Assembly: GCA_036377075.1 (NCBI GenBank)
Contig: DASUZB010000105.1
Span: 6,759-70,758, forward strand
From: Actinomycetes bacterium
GTDB lineage: Bacteria; Actinomycetota; CALGFH01
Reading direction: 5' to 3'
Length of the DNA stretch: 64,000 nucleotides
Shown here piece after piece: positions 1 through 9,650 of the stretch. The stretch's first letter is position 1. The number at the start of each line of letters is the position of its first letter. The translations under genes were made by a program, and so were the position numbers. The notes beneath the pieces are model-generated. The model was not told where the DNA came from and made no database searches. It saw nothing but the letters and a program-made list of their open reading frames with translations.

Positions 1-561
1 GCCGCGGCCAAGCTGGAGGGCCAGGCCAAGCAGGCCGTCGCCCAGAACCGCGAGGACCTGGCGCGCGAGGCCCTCGGACGCCGGGCCGGCATCGCGACCC
101 AGCTGCAGGAGCTGCAGGCCCAGCACGACCAGCTCAAGGCCGAGGAGGCCAAGCTGGTGGACGCCTCGCGCCGCCTCCAGACCAAGGTCGAGGCCTTCCG
201 CACCCGCAAGGAGACGATCAAGGCCACCTACACCGCGGCCGAGGCGCAGACCAAGATCGGCGAGGCCGTCTCCGGCATCTCCGAGGAGATGGGCGACGTC
301 GGCATGGCGATGCAGCGCGCCGAGGACAAGGTCGCGCAGATGCAGGCCCGCTCGGGCGCGCTCGACGAGCTGATGGCCTCCGGCGGCCTCGACGACCTCT
401 CCGCCAGCGGCGACCGGCTGCAGGCCGAGCTGAGCCGCACCGACGCCGACAGCCAGGTCGAGCTGGAGCTCGCCCGGCTCAAGGGCGAGCTCGGCGGCAC
501 CGAGACCAGGCAGCTCGGCGCCGGCGCCCCCACCCCGACTCCCACCGAGGAGCAGCGATGA
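1..561 (+). CDS. pspA: PspA/IM30 family protein (phage shock protein A), 5' end cut by window edge
   Basis: Frame-1 ORF is open from nt 1. The translation AAAKLEGQAKQAVAQNREDLAREALGRRAG...RRLQTKVEAFRTRKETIKATYTAAEAQTKI shows the typical PspA coiled-coil pattern. The stop TGA at 559-561 overlaps the next ATG (ATGA). Confidence 0.85.
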   Translation, partial: AAAKLEGQAKQAVAQNREDLAREALGRRAGIATQLQELQAQHDQLKAEEAKLVDASRRLQTKVEAFRTRKETIKATYTAAEAQTKIGEAVSGISEEMGDVGMAMQRAEDKVAQMQARSGALDELMASGGLDDLSASGDRLQAELSRTDADSQVELELARLKGELGGTETRQLGAGAPTPTPTEEQR

Positions 562-836
562 TCGTGCGCATCATGGGCGAGGGGCAGTTCGACGTACCCG
601 ACGAGCACCTGGACGAGCTCAACAAGCTCGACGAAGCCCTCGCCGACGCGGTCGAGGGCGGCGACGCCGGCTCCTTCCGCACCGCCCTGGAGAGCCTGCT
701 CGCCAGCGTCCGCACCCAGGGCTCGGAGCTGCCAGGTGACTACCTGGGCCCGTCGGAGCTGGTCCTGCCCGGCCCGGACGCGACCATCGACGAGGTCCGC
801 GCCGTCCTCGGCGAGGAGGGCCTGATCCCCGGGTAG
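558..836 (+). CDS. small acidic PspA-associated protein (PspAA-like)
   Basis: 92-aa ORF translationally coupled to pspA by an ATGA overlap. The sequence MIVRIMGEGQFDVPDEHLDELNKLDEAL resembles the actinobacterial PspAA family that follows pspA. Third-position GC is high. Confidence 0.6.
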   Translation: MIVRIMGEGQFDVPDEHLDELNKLDEALADAVEGGDAGSFRTALESLLASVRTQGSELPGDYLGPSELVLPGPDATIDEVRAVLGEEGLIPG

Positions 837-864
837 CCCGGCCCCTAATCTCTATACTGCTTCG

Positions 865-890
865 GCCCCGTCACAGCGTCGTGGCGGGGC
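865..890 (+). terminator. putative intrinsic terminator hairpin after the pspA-pspAA pair
   Basis: gccccgtcac-agcgtc-gtggcggggc forms a 10-bp stem (one G-U pair) with a 6-nt loop, 29 nt after the stop. There is no U-tail. Confidence 0.4.
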
Positions 891-918
891 ATCGTCGAGG
901 AGGAGCGGAGGAGCAACG

Positions 919-1857
919 GTGCCTGAGCCGCCCGTCGTCGTCGCGCTGGGCGGGAACGCCATCGCCCCACCAGGGGGCCGCAACTCGGTGGGTGCACAGT
1001 TCGAGCGGACCGCGGAGACCGCCTGGCGGCTGGTCCACCTGGCCGACCACCCGCTGCTGGTCACCCACGGCAACGGCCCCCAGGTCGGCACCGCGCTGCT
1101 GCGCAGCGACCTGGCCGCCGAGGTGGTGCCCACCCAGCCGCTGGACGCCTGCGTCGCCGACACCCAGGGCGGCATGGGCTACATGCTGCAGCAGTGCCTC
1201 GACAACGCGTTCTCGGCGGCCGGCAGGCGCCACCCCACCGTCACGGTCGTGACCCGCACGGTGGTGGCGCTCGACGACCCGGCGTTCCAGCGGCCCTCCA
1301 AGCCGGTCGGCGGCTTCTACGAACAGGCCGAGGCGCATCGGCGCACCACCGAGGACCACTGGGTGATGCGCGAGGACGCCGGCCGTGGCTGGCGCCGGGT
1401 GGTGCCCTCGCCCGAGCCGGTCGAGATCGTGGAGGAGGCGGCGATCCGCGGCCTGCTGGCCGCCGGGGTGGTGGTGGTCGCGGCGGGCGGCGGCGGCGTG
1501 CCGGTGGTGCGGCGGCCGGGCGGGTCGCTCGCCGGCGTCGAGGCGGTGGTCGACAAGGACCTGACCAGCGCGCTGCTCGCCGGCGACCTCGGCGCCGAGC
1601 TCCTGCTGCTGCTGACCGGCGTCGAGCACGTCGCGATCGACTTCGGCCGGCCCGGCCAGCGCGACCTGCACGACGTGACCGCCGCCGAGCTCGCCGGCCA
1701 CGCCGCCGACGGGCAGTTCGCCCCCGGCAGCATGCTGCCGAAGGTGCGGGCCGCGCTGCGCTTCCTGGAGCGCGGCGGCCGGCGGGTGGTGATCACGACC
1801 CCCGAGCTGTCCGAGAAGGCCGTCGCCGGCGAGGCCGGGACCCAGGTGACGCCGTAG
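919..1857 (+). CDS. arcC: carbamate kinase
   Basis: GTG start preceded by ggaggagcggagga. Motifs: ALGGNAI, THGNGPQVG, AAGGGGVPVV, VVDKDL, and FAPGSMLPKV near the C-terminus. Confidence 0.85.
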   Translation: MPEPPVVVALGGNAIAPPGGRNSVGAQFERTAETAWRLVHLADHPLLVTHGNGPQVGTALLRSDLAAEVVPTQPLDACVADTQGGMGYMLQQCLDNAFSAAGRRHPTVTVVTRTVVALDDPAFQRPSKPVGGFYEQAEAHRRTTEDHWVMREDAGRGWRRVVPSPEPVEIVEEAAIRGLLAAGVVVVAAGGGGVPVVRRPGGSLAGVEAVVDKDLTSALLAGDLGAELLLLLTGVEHVAIDFGRPGQRDLHDVTAAELAGHAADGQFAPGSMLPKVRAALRFLERGGRRVVITTPELSEKAVAGEAGTQVTP

Positions 1858-1925
1858 CGGTGGGGCTGGCACCACCGGCGCGGGTTGCCGCCACGGCCGC
1901 GGTCACCCTGCCTGCGGGGCAGCCG

Positions 1926-2420
1926 CTAGCTCTCGCCGCCGATGTCCACGTGGTAGGCCTCGTAGACCAGGTCGAGGCCGCGCTTGCGGTGGCGGACCAG
2001 GTCGGCGAAGAGGCGCACGAGGGCGTCCCTGAGGTCGTCGGCGGCGGGCGGCTCCGAGGCGGGCAGCACCCGCACCCGTGCCATCGACTGGTCGAGCTGG
2101 TGGGTGATGCTGGCGTGCTCGCGCCGGAAGCGCTCGATCTTGTTGGCCAGCCGCGGCGCGTTGTCGATGATCTCCTCGTAGAGCCCGCTGGGCGCCTCGG
2201 TGACCTCGACGTGGACCGAGAACACCTCCTTGAGGTGGTCCAGCACCGGCGAGAGGTTGGCCGCCCAGTCGGCCGAGCGCCCGAGGCTGGGCTCGGTGAG
2301 GGCGTCCTCGAGCTGGTTGATCGCCCGGCGCAGGCTGAGCCGCTGGCCCTTGGCAGCGTACAGGGCGGTGGTGGTCGACGCCTCGTAGACCTCCCCAACG
2401 TCGAAGCGCGACATCGCCAT
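1926..2420 (-). CDS. hypothetical helical protein (about 162-164 aa)
   Basis: High GC3 ORF with no recognisable motif. The RBS aggggag abuts the first ATG, so the second ATG at 2414 is the more likely start. Confidence 0.5.
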   Translation of the reverse strand: MAMSRFDVGEVYEASTTTALYAAKGQRLSLRRAINQLEDALTEPSLGRSADWAANLSPVLDHLKEVFSVHVEVTEAPSGLYEEIIDNAPRLANKIERFRREHASITHQLDQSMARVRVLPASEPPAADDLRDALVRLFADLVRHRKRGLDLVYEAYHVDIGGES

Positions 2421-2494
2421 CTCCCCTCTGGCCGTCGACTGAGGATGCCTAGTGTGCCCGAAAGTTAGCCATCTCTAACCGTAGATGTTTTGGA

Positions 2495-3958
2495 CTAGTC
2501 CGCCGCGAGCTGCGAATGCCGCAACTCAGACGCGTGCTCAGGGTGACCGACTTCGTGGACGATGACCCGGTTGGTGGCTCCCCTACCACCAGGAGTGCCC
2601 GCCGCGATCACCACCAGATCGCCGTCGCGCACGATGCCTGCTGCAACCATACGCCGATCTCCTTGGTCTACAAGGGTCTCCAGCGAGGCAACCTGGTCGA
2701 CGACCGGCGGTGTCTCGACGCCCCAGTACAGCGCCATGCGCCGGCGGGTGCGCTCGTGCGGGGTCAGCCCCACGATCGTCATGCGGGGGCGGAAGCGCGA
2801 CACGTAGCGCGCGGTCGCCCCCGACTCGGTGAACGCCACCACCGCGCGGGCGCCCAGGTCGGTGGCCGCCTGCACGGCGGCGCGGCAGACGGTGGCGGCC
2901 ACGTCCAGCCCGCCGCCCGGCGGCGCCGGCGGCGGCAGCAGGTGCGGGGTCGCCTCGGCCTCGCGGGCGATGCGGCACATGGTGGCGACCGCCTCCACCG
3001 GGAAGGCGCCCACCGCGGTCTCCTGCGACAGCATCACCGCGTCGGTACCGTCGAAGATGGCGTTGGCCACGTCCGAGGCCTCCGCCCTGGTCGGGCGCGC
3101 GTTCGAGACCATCGACTCCAGCATCTGGGTGGCAGTGATCACCGGCACCCCGGCCGAGTTGGCCTTGGCGATGATCGCCTTCTGCAGCGGGGGGACCTTC
3201 TCGACGGCCAGCTCCACGCCCAGGTCGCCGCGGGCGACCATGACCGCGTCGGTGGCCGCCAGGATGTCGTCGAGGCGCTCGACCGCCTCGCGCCGCTCGA
3301 GCTTGGCCACCAGCGGCTGGTCGCCGCCGAGCTCGGCGATGGCCCGGCGGCAGGCGAGCACGTCCTCGGCGCGCCGCACGAAGGAGAGGGCCACGTAGTC
3401 GGCGCCGTGCTCCACCGCGGTGGCCAGGTCGGCGTGGTCCTTGGCGGTCATCGAGCTGGCCGAGACGGCGACCCCGGGCAGGTTGACGCCCTTGCGGGAG
3501 TGCACCACCCCGCCGCGCCGCACCTGGCAGCGCACCAGCGACTCCTCGACGGCGCGGACCTCCAGCTCGATGGCGCCGTCGTCGAGCAGGACGCGGTCCC
3601 CCGGACGCACGTCGGCGGCCAGGTGCTCGTAGACCACCGGGATCTCCGGCGCGGGCGCGTGCTCGGTGCCCGCGACCAGCACGCAGTCGTGGCCGGGAGC
3701 CAGCGCGATGCCCGGCTCCTCGACCAGGCCGACGCGGATCTTCGGTCCCTGCAGGTCGGCCAGGATGGCCACCGCCTTGTCGCGCTCGGCGGCGACCTTG
3801 CGCACCAGCTCGATGCGGGCCACGTGGTCGGCCCGCTCCCCGTGCGAGAAGTTCAGCCTGACCACGTCGACGCCGGCGTCGATGATGGCCGCGAGCATGC
3901 CGGGGTCCCCGGAGGCCGGCCCCAGGGTGGCCACGACCTTGGTGCGCTCGATGCCCAT
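2495..3958 (-). CDS. pyk: pyruvate kinase
   Basis: Motifs: RTKVVATLGPAS, LNFSHG, LQGPKIRVG, MVARGDLGVE, SQETAVG. Full length of 487 aa. Confidence 0.95.
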   Translation of the reverse strand: MGIERTKVVATLGPASGDPGMLAAIIDAGVDVVRLNFSHGERADHVARIELVRKVAAERDKAVAILADLQGPKIRVGLVEEPGIALAPGHDCVLVAGTEHAPAPEIPVVYEHLAADVRPGDRVLLDDGAIELEVRAVEESLVRCQVRRGGVVHSRKGVNLPGVAVSASSMTAKDHADLATAVEHGADYVALSFVRRAEDVLACRRAIAELGGDQPLVAKLERREAVERLDDILAATDAVMVARGDLGVELAVEKVPPLQKAIIAKANSAGVPVITATQMLESMVSNARPTRAEASDVANAIFDGTDAVMLSQETAVGAFPVEAVATMCRIAREAEATPHLLPPPAPPGGGLDVAATVCRAAVQAATDLGARAVVAFTESGATARYVSRFRPRMTIVGLTPHERTRRRMALYWGVETPPVVDQVASLETLVDQGDRRMVAAGIVRDGDLVVIAAGTPGGRGATNRVIVHEVGHPEHASELRHSQLAAD

Positions 3959-4050
3959 GGCGCCGTCCCTTCCGCCCGCGTGCCCGCCGCGAGGTCGAGC
4001 GTAGCAGGCCAGGTTGCCCCAGAGGTGCCCGGCAGGCGACCGCGGATGAA

Positions 4051-4956
4051 CTAAATCGGCGCGCCGGCCTCGTAGGCCTGGCCGACCGCCTTGGGCGGGC
4101 GGACGCGGCGGAAGAACAGGGCGAGGACCACCAGGGTGACGATGTAGGGGAGGCTCTGGATGAAGGCGTTGTCGATCCAGCTCACCCGCAGGAACACGGT
4201 GAGCGCCTCGGTCCAGCCGAACAGCAGCGACGCCAGGGCGGCGCCGACGATCGACCAGTTGCCGAGGATCAGGGCGGCCAGGGCGATGTAGCCGCGGCCC
4301 TGGTTCATGCCCTCGTTGTACTGGCCGACCAGCTCCACCGAGATGTAGGCGCCGGCGAGGCCGGAGAACGCGCCGGAGATGAGCACGCCGGCGTAGCGCA
4401 TCGCCACCACCCGGACGCCGAGGCTCTCGGCGGCGCGCGGGTTCTCGCCGGAGGAGCGCAGCCGCAGCCCGAACACGGTGCGGTTGAGGACGTACCAGGC
4501 GCCCACGCCGAGGACCAGGGTGAGCGGCACCACCGGGGACATCTCCCCCAGCTTCGGCAGGCTGAAGTGCGGCAGCTGGTCCACCGCCGGCGACTGGGTG
4601 CCCTGGCCGAAGGCCACGATCGAGAGGAAGCGGGGCACGCCGAGGGCGAGGATGTTGATCGCCACCCCGGAGACGATGTGGTCGACCCGGAAGGTGACGG
4701 TGGCGATCGCGTGGATCAGCGCCACCAGGGTCCCGGCGAGCACCGCGATCACCAACCCGGCGGCGGCCCCGTAGCGCAGCGCGCCCCAGGCGCCGAACCA
4801 GGTGCCGAAGATCATCATCCCGTCGATGCCGATGTTGACCACGCCGGAGCGCTCGTTGAAGACCCCGCCGACGGAGGCGAGGAACAGCGGCACGAACGAG
4901 CGGATCGCCGAGGCGAGGACGGCGAAGCCGATCAGCTGTCCGACGATCTCAGGCAC
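4051..4956 (-). CDS. ABC transporter permease (BMP/nucleoside-type, second permease)
   Basis: 301-aa polytopic membrane protein. Its start overlaps the upstream permease stop by 8 nt. It is part of the BMP lipoprotein-ATPase-permease-permease operon. Confidence 0.85.
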   Translation of the reverse strand: MPEIVGQLIGFAVLASAIRSFVPLFLASVGGVFNERSGVVNIGIDGMMIFGTWFGAWGALRYGAAAGLVIAVLAGTLVALIHAIATVTFRVDHIVSGVAINILALGVPRFLSIVAFGQGTQSPAVDQLPHFSLPKLGEMSPVVPLTLVLGVGAWYVLNRTVFGLRLRSSGENPRAAESLGVRVVAMRYAGVLISGAFSGLAGAYISVELVGQYNEGMNQGRGYIALAALILGNWSIVGAALASLLFGWTEALTVFLRVSWIDNAFIQSLPYIVTLVVLALFFRRVRPPKAVGQAYEAGAPI

Positions 4957-6133
4957 GCTCGTGCGCCTCCTTGAGCTGGCGGCGGGCCGCGGCTCGGCGG
5001 ACCAGCTCGTAGGCCACCACGATGGTGAGGATGATCACGCCCTGGAGGATCAGCGTGACCTCCTTGGGCACGTCGGTGTTGAGGCCGATGCCCGAGCTGG
5101 CCCGGTCCAGGTAGGAGAAGAGCAGCGCGCCGGCCACGATGCCGAGCCCGGTGTTGCGGCCGATCAGCGCGATCGCGATCGCGGTGAAGCCGTAGTTGCG
5201 CACGTAGTCGAGCTTCATGAAGCCGTCGAAGCCGAGCACGTCCTGCAGCCCCGCCAGGCCGGCGACCGCGCCGGACAGCAGCATCGCCTTGAGCATCATG
5301 CTGTTGGTGCGGATGCCGGCGGGCTCGGCGGCGCGCGGGTTGGTGCCGAGCACGCGCAGCTCGAAGCCGAAGCGGGTGCGCCGCACCACGAACGCGTACA
5401 GCGCCGCGCCGACCAGGGCGAGCAGGAACAGCCAGGTGACCGGCGAGGAGGCGCGGAAGTTGAAGCCGATCGAGTTGAAGAACGGCACCATGCTGCCGAC
5501 CTGGGCGGTCTGGTGGACCTCCACGGTGCGCTGCTGCGCGATCGCGCCGACCTGGTGCTTGTCCTTCAGCGGCCCGGACAGCAGGTACAGCAGCAGGCCG
5601 TTGGCCACGTAGTTCATCATGATGGTGGAGATGACCTCGTGGGCGCCGCGGTAGACCTTGAGCAGCGCGGGGACCAGCGCCCAGGCGAGGCCGCCGGCCA
5701 TGCCGGCGAGGATCACCAGCGGCACCTCGAGCGCGGTCGGCGCCGACAGCTTGGCGCCGACGACGGCCGCGACCAGCGCGCCGATGGCGTACTGGCCCTC
5801 CACCCCGATGTTGAACAGGCCGGCCTTGAAGCCGATCGCCACCGCCAGGCCGGCGAAGATGAACGGGGTGGCGCGGCCGAAGATGAACGCGAACGAGCTG
5901 CGGTTGAGCAGGCCGTAGTTCCACATCGACGAGGCCACCGCGCCCAGGTCCTTGAAGCTGCGCTGCACCACCAGGATCACCAGCGCGCCGACCAGGGCCG
6001 AGACCACCAGCGAGACGGCGGGGGCGAGCAGGCGCATGCCGAACTGCCTGGCCTGCTCGGCCAGGCTGACGCGGGCGGCGACGGCCTCGGCGGCGGGCTC
6101 CGGCTCGGCCGGGGGACGCTCCTCGACCTTCAT
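4949..6133 (-). CDS. ABC transporter permease (BMP/nucleoside-type, first permease)
   Basis: The real start is the ATG at 6133 (MKVEERPPAEPE...). The track's 895-aa ORF 4949..7636 is an artefactual upstream extension. ATGA overlap with the ATPase stop at 6130. Confidence 0.85.
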   Translation of the reverse strand: MKVEERPPAEPEPAAEAVAARVSLAEQARQFGMRLLAPAVSLVVSALVGALVILVVQRSFKDLGAVASSMWNYGLLNRSSFAFIFGRATPFIFAGLAVAIGFKAGLFNIGVEGQYAIGALVAAVVGAKLSAPTALEVPLVILAGMAGGLAWALVPALLKVYRGAHEVISTIMMNYVANGLLLYLLSGPLKDKHQVGAIAQQRTVEVHQTAQVGSMVPFFNSIGFNFRASSPVTWLFLLALVGAALYAFVVRRTRFGFELRVLGTNPRAAEPAGIRTNSMMLKAMLLSGAVAGLAGLQDVLGFDGFMKLDYVRNYGFTAIAIALIGRNTGLGIVAGALLFSYLDRASSGIGLNTDVPKEVTLILQGVIILTIVVAYELVRRAAARRQLKEAHERA

Positions 6134-7704
6134 GCCGCCGGCTCCCGGTCGGAGCGGGCGCCGGTCATGTACAGGCCCAGCTCGTTCATGGTGGCCTTGG
6201 AGCCGTCCAGCTCCGCCGCGATGCGGCCGTCGTAGATGACCCCGACGCGGTCGGCGAGGGCCAGGATCTCCTCCAGGTCGGAGGAGATCAGCAGCACCGC
6301 GAGGCCCGCGTCGCGCGCGGCGACCAGCTGCTTCCAGACGAACTCCGTCGCCCCGATGTCGAGGCCCCTGGTCGGGTACGCGGCGATCAGCAGCTTGGGC
6401 CCGCTGGCGAACTCGCGCGCCAGCACCAGCTTCTGCTGGTTGCCGCCCGACAAGGCGTACGCCGGTACGGCGATGCTCGGCGCCTTGACCCGGAAGGCGC
6501 GCACCAGGTCGGTCGCGCGCGCCCGCATCGCCTTGGGGTTGAGCAGGCCCCGCCAGGAGAACGGGGGCCGCTCCTGCTGGCCGAGCACGGAGTTCTCCCA
6601 CAGGGTCATCGGCAGCACGATGGCGCGCGCGTGGCGGTCCTCGGGGATGTAGGACAGGCCCAGCTCGCGCCGGTCGCGGACGTGCTCGGAGGTGATGTCC
6701 CTGCCGCCGAGGCGGATGCTGCCCCCGTCGGGGTGGCGCAGCCCGACCAGCGCCTCGATCAGCTCCGCCTGGCCGTTGCCCTCGACCCCGGCGAGGCCGT
6801 AGATCTCCGAGCGGCGCACGTCCAGCTTCACGCCGGCCAGCGCCTCGCGCCCGCCGTCGAGCACGCGCAAGCCCTCGACCTGCAGCTCCGGGTCGCCGCT
6901 GGGCGTCTTGCCGTGGACCCGCTCGAGCAGCACCGGGCGGCCGACCATCATCTCGGCGACCTCCTCCTCGGTGGTCTCGGCCGCCACCACCGTGCCGATC
7001 GCCCTGCCGTCGCGCAGCACGGTGATGCGGTCGGCGATCGCCAGCACCTCGTCGAGGGCGTGGGCGATGAAGATGATCGTCTTGCCCTGCTCCTTGAGCT
7101 TGCGGACGTTGTCGAACAGCTCCTCGACCTCCTGGGGCACGAGCACCGCGGTCGGCTCGTCCAGGATCAGGAAGTCCGCGCCCCGGTAGAGGAGCTTGAG
7201 GATCTCGACCCGCTGCTGCTGGCCGACGGCGAGGCTCTCGACCCGCGCGGCCGGGTCCAGCTTGGTGCCGAAGCCGCTGGCCAGCTCCGCGACCTTGCGG
7301 TTGGCCTCGTCCAGGTCGAGCCGGCCGCGGCTGCCCGGCTCGGCGCCGAGGACCACGTTCTCGGCGACGGTGAACGCCTCCACCAGCATGAAGTGCTGGT
7401 GGACCATGCCGATGCCCAGGGCGATGGCCTTGCGCGGCGAGTCGATCCGCTGCGGCTCGCCGCGGACCAGGATCTCGCCCTCGTCGGGCTGCTCCAGGCC
7501 GTAGACCATCTTCATCAAGGTCGACTTGCCGGCCCCGTTCTCGCCCACCAGCGCGTGCACCTCGCCCTGGGCGACCTGGAAGTCGACCTGGTCGTTGGCC
7601 ACCACGCCGGCGTAGCGGCGGGTGATCCCGCGGCACTCGATCGCCAGGGGTGCCGCCGTCCCGCCCCCTACCTCGGCCGCCGGGGCGTCATCGGCTCCTG
7701 CCAC
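6130..7704 (-). CDS. ABC transporter ATP-binding protein with two fused ABC cassettes
   Basis: GTG at 7704 is preceded by aaggag with a 7-nt spacer. Walker A GENGAGKSTL in cassette 1 and the degenerate GVEGNGQAEL in cassette 2. Signature LSGGNQQK. Confidence 0.9.
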   Translation of the reverse strand: MAGADDAPAAEVGGGTAAPLAIECRGITRRYAGVVANDQVDFQVAQGEVHALVGENGAGKSTLMKMVYGLEQPDEGEILVRGEPQRIDSPRKAIALGIGMVHQHFMLVEAFTVAENVVLGAEPGSRGRLDLDEANRKVAELASGFGTKLDPAARVESLAVGQQQRVEILKLLYRGADFLILDEPTAVLVPQEVEELFDNVRKLKEQGKTIIFIAHALDEVLAIADRITVLRDGRAIGTVVAAETTEEEVAEMMVGRPVLLERVHGKTPSGDPELQVEGLRVLDGGREALAGVKLDVRRSEIYGLAGVEGNGQAELIEALVGLRHPDGGSIRLGGRDITSEHVRDRRELGLSYIPEDRHARAIVLPMTLWENSVLGQQERPPFSWRGLLNPKAMRARATDLVRAFRVKAPSIAVPAYALSGGNQQKLVLAREFASGPKLLIAAYPTRGLDIGATEFVWKQLVAARDAGLAVLLISSDLEEILALADRVGVIYDGRIAAELDGSKATMNELGLYMTGARSDREPAA

Positions 7705-7772
7705 GACTGCGCTCCTTGCCAGAAGGCCGGGGAGCTCGAGCGGCGCTCCCCGGCCCGTGACCGCCCGGCCGC

Positions 7773-8855
7773 CTAGGCGGCCGGCTTGTCCGGCACCTTG
7801 ATCTCGCCGGAGATGATCTTCTGCTTGATCTGGTCGAGGGTCGTCGGGATGTCGCCCAGGAGGTCCTTGTTGTACTGGTTCTGGGCGTAGTCGACGCCGC
7901 CCTCCTTGAGGCCGAAGGTCTGGACCCCGCCCTTGAGGGTGCCGTCCACCTGCGCCTGGATGGTCTGCAGCACGGCGTTGTCGACGCGCTTGAGCATCGA
8001 GGTGAGGATCCACTTCTGCTCGGTCGCGCTGGCGGTCAGGCTCTGGTCGGAGTCGACCCCGATGGCGTACTTCTGCTTCTGGGCGCAGGCGGCGATCACG
8101 CCCGCCCCGGTGCCGCCGGAGGCGTGGTAGATGACGTCAGCGCCCTGGCCGATCTGCTTGAGGGCGAGCTCCTTGCCCTTGGCCGGGTCGCGGAAGGCCT
8201 GCGGCGTGGTACCGGCGTAGTCGACCAGCACCTTGACGCTCTTGTTGTTCTGCTTGTTGATGTACTGCACGCCCGCCTGGTAGCCGGCCTGGAAGCGCTT
8301 GATCAGGTCGCCCACCTGGCCGCCGACGAAGCCGACCACGTTGCTCTTGGTCTTCAGGGCCGCGGCCGCGCCGACCAGGAACGAGCCCTCCTGCTCCTTG
8401 AAGCCGAGGCAGGTCAGGTTCTTGTTCTGCAGGCACAGCGGGTCGAAGCCGTCGATCACGGCGTACTTGACGTCCGGGTTCTCCTTGGCGGACTTGGCGA
8501 TGTCCTCGGAGAACAGGAAGCCGACACCGAAGATCAGGCCGTAGTCCTCGGCGGCCAGGCCGTCGAGCAGCTCCTTGCGGTTGGAGCCGTCGGCGTTGGG
8601 CTCCACCGTCTTGATGTCGACCTTGTCGCCGAGCTTGCTCTTGGCCTCGGTGGCACCCCGGTCGGCGCTGTCGTTGAACGACTTGTCGCCCTTGCCGCCG
8701 ATGTCGAACACGATCCCGATCTTCTTGGCCGCCGTCGCGCCTCCGCCGCCACCGGAGGAGCTACCGCCGTTGTCGTTACCACCGCCACAGGCGGCGGCGA
8801 CCAGCGCCAACCCGGCAAGCATCGCGCCGGCACGCACGCCTCGTTCCCACCGCAT
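7773..8855 (-). CDS. BMP family (Med/PnrA-like) ABC substrate-binding lipoprotein
   Basis: Signal peptide with lipobox LVAAAC followed by a Gly/Ser linker. First gene of the importer operon. Confidence 0.9.
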   Translation of the reverse strand: MRWERGVRAGAMLAGLALVAAACGGGNDNGGSSSGGGGGATAAKKIGIVFDIGGKGDKSFNDSADRGATEAKSKLGDKVDIKTVEPNADGSNRKELLDGLAAEDYGLIFGVGFLFSEDIAKSAKENPDVKYAVIDGFDPLCLQNKNLTCLGFKEQEGSFLVGAAAALKTKSNVVGFVGGQVGDLIKRFQAGYQAGVQYINKQNNKSVKVLVDYAGTTPQAFRDPAKGKELALKQIGQGADVIYHASGGTGAGVIAACAQKQKYAIGVDSDQSLTASATEQKWILTSMLKRVDNAVLQTIQAQVDGTLKGGVQTFGLKEGGVDYAQNQYNKDLLGDIPTTLDQIKQKIISGEIKVPDKPAA

Positions 8856-9022
8856 CCGATCTGGCTCCTCTCGTACCGGGGCTCGGCCCCCCCTGCCCGC
8901 CGCCCACCGCGGCAGGGCCGTCCTGCGCCCGCCTGACCGAGGCGGGCCGGAAGCTGGCGGTAATCTATACCGGCGACGTGGGCGTCCACCACGGCAGCGT
9001 CCGGAACGTTGCCTCGGCTGCG

Positions 9023-9028
9023 TACAAT
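9023..9028 (+). promoter_or_regulatory. candidate -10 hexamer (TACAAT) for a leaderless transcript
   Basis: TACAAT lies 6 nt upstream of the ATG at 9035, and no Shine-Dalgarno sequence sits in between. Confidence 0.35.
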
Positions 9029-9034
9029 CCGCCC

Positions 9035-9628
9035 ATGCGGCGGATCCTGCTTGCCCTGTTGGTGCTCGTGCTGGCCTACTTCGCGGTGACCACCTTCCTG
9101 GTCGCCAGGTGGATGGGCAAGGACGAGCGCCGCCCCGCCGACGCCATCGTGGTGCTCGGCGCGGCGCAGTACGACGGCCGCCCCTCGGCGATCTACCGGG
9201 CGCGCCTGGAGCACGCCGTCGACCTCTACAACCAGCGGGTGGCGCCGGTGATCGTGTTCACCGGGGGCAACACCCCCGGCGACCGCTTCACCGAGGGCGC
9301 GTCGGGGGCGCGCTGGGCGGTCGGTCAGGGCGTGCCCACCGTCGCCGCGCTGGTCGAGGACCACAGCCGCAGCACCTACCAGAACCTGGCGGGGGCCCAG
9401 CGCACCCTGGCGAGCCGGCGCGACTCCAACCGGCGCCTGCGGGTGGTGGTCGTCTCCGACCCGTTCCACATGTACCGGGCGTGCAGGCAGGCACGCGACC
9501 TCGGCTTCGAGGCGTACCCCTCGCCGACGCGCACGAGCCCGATGTCGGCGAGCAAGGTCAAGCTGACCGAGTCCGTCATCCGTGAGGACCTGGCCATCGG
9601 CGGGTACGTCCTCGCCGGCCGGGGGTAG
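9035..9628 (+). CDS. YdcF/DUF218 (ElyC/SanA-like) family protein
   Basis: N-terminal TM helix MRRILLALLVLVLAYFAVTTFLV. Motifs: AIVVLGAAQY, VIVFTGGN, VVVVSDPFHMYRA. Confidence 0.75.
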   Translation: MRRILLALLVLVLAYFAVTTFLVARWMGKDERRPADAIVVLGAAQYDGRPSAIYRARLEHAVDLYNQRVAPVIVFTGGNTPGDRFTEGASGARWAVGQGVPTVAALVEDHSRSTYQNLAGAQRTLASRRDSNRRLRVVVVSDPFHMYRACRQARDLGFEAYPSPTRTSPMSASKVKLTESVIREDLAIGGYVLAGRG

Positions 9629-9650
9629 CGCGCACCCCGAGGAGGCGCAA

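Noticed and set aside
4949-7636. 895-aa ORF that would fuse an N-terminal domain to the ABC permease.
   Set aside because: The upstream 500 codons or so are an alternate frame of the ABC ATPase gene and give an Arg/Gly/Pro-rich translation. A good ATG at 6133 with an ATGA overlap to the ATPase stop gives a normal 394-aa permease. The same logic was applied to 6130..8013, 15375..17852, 39676..42747, 57908..61360 and 45074..47242.
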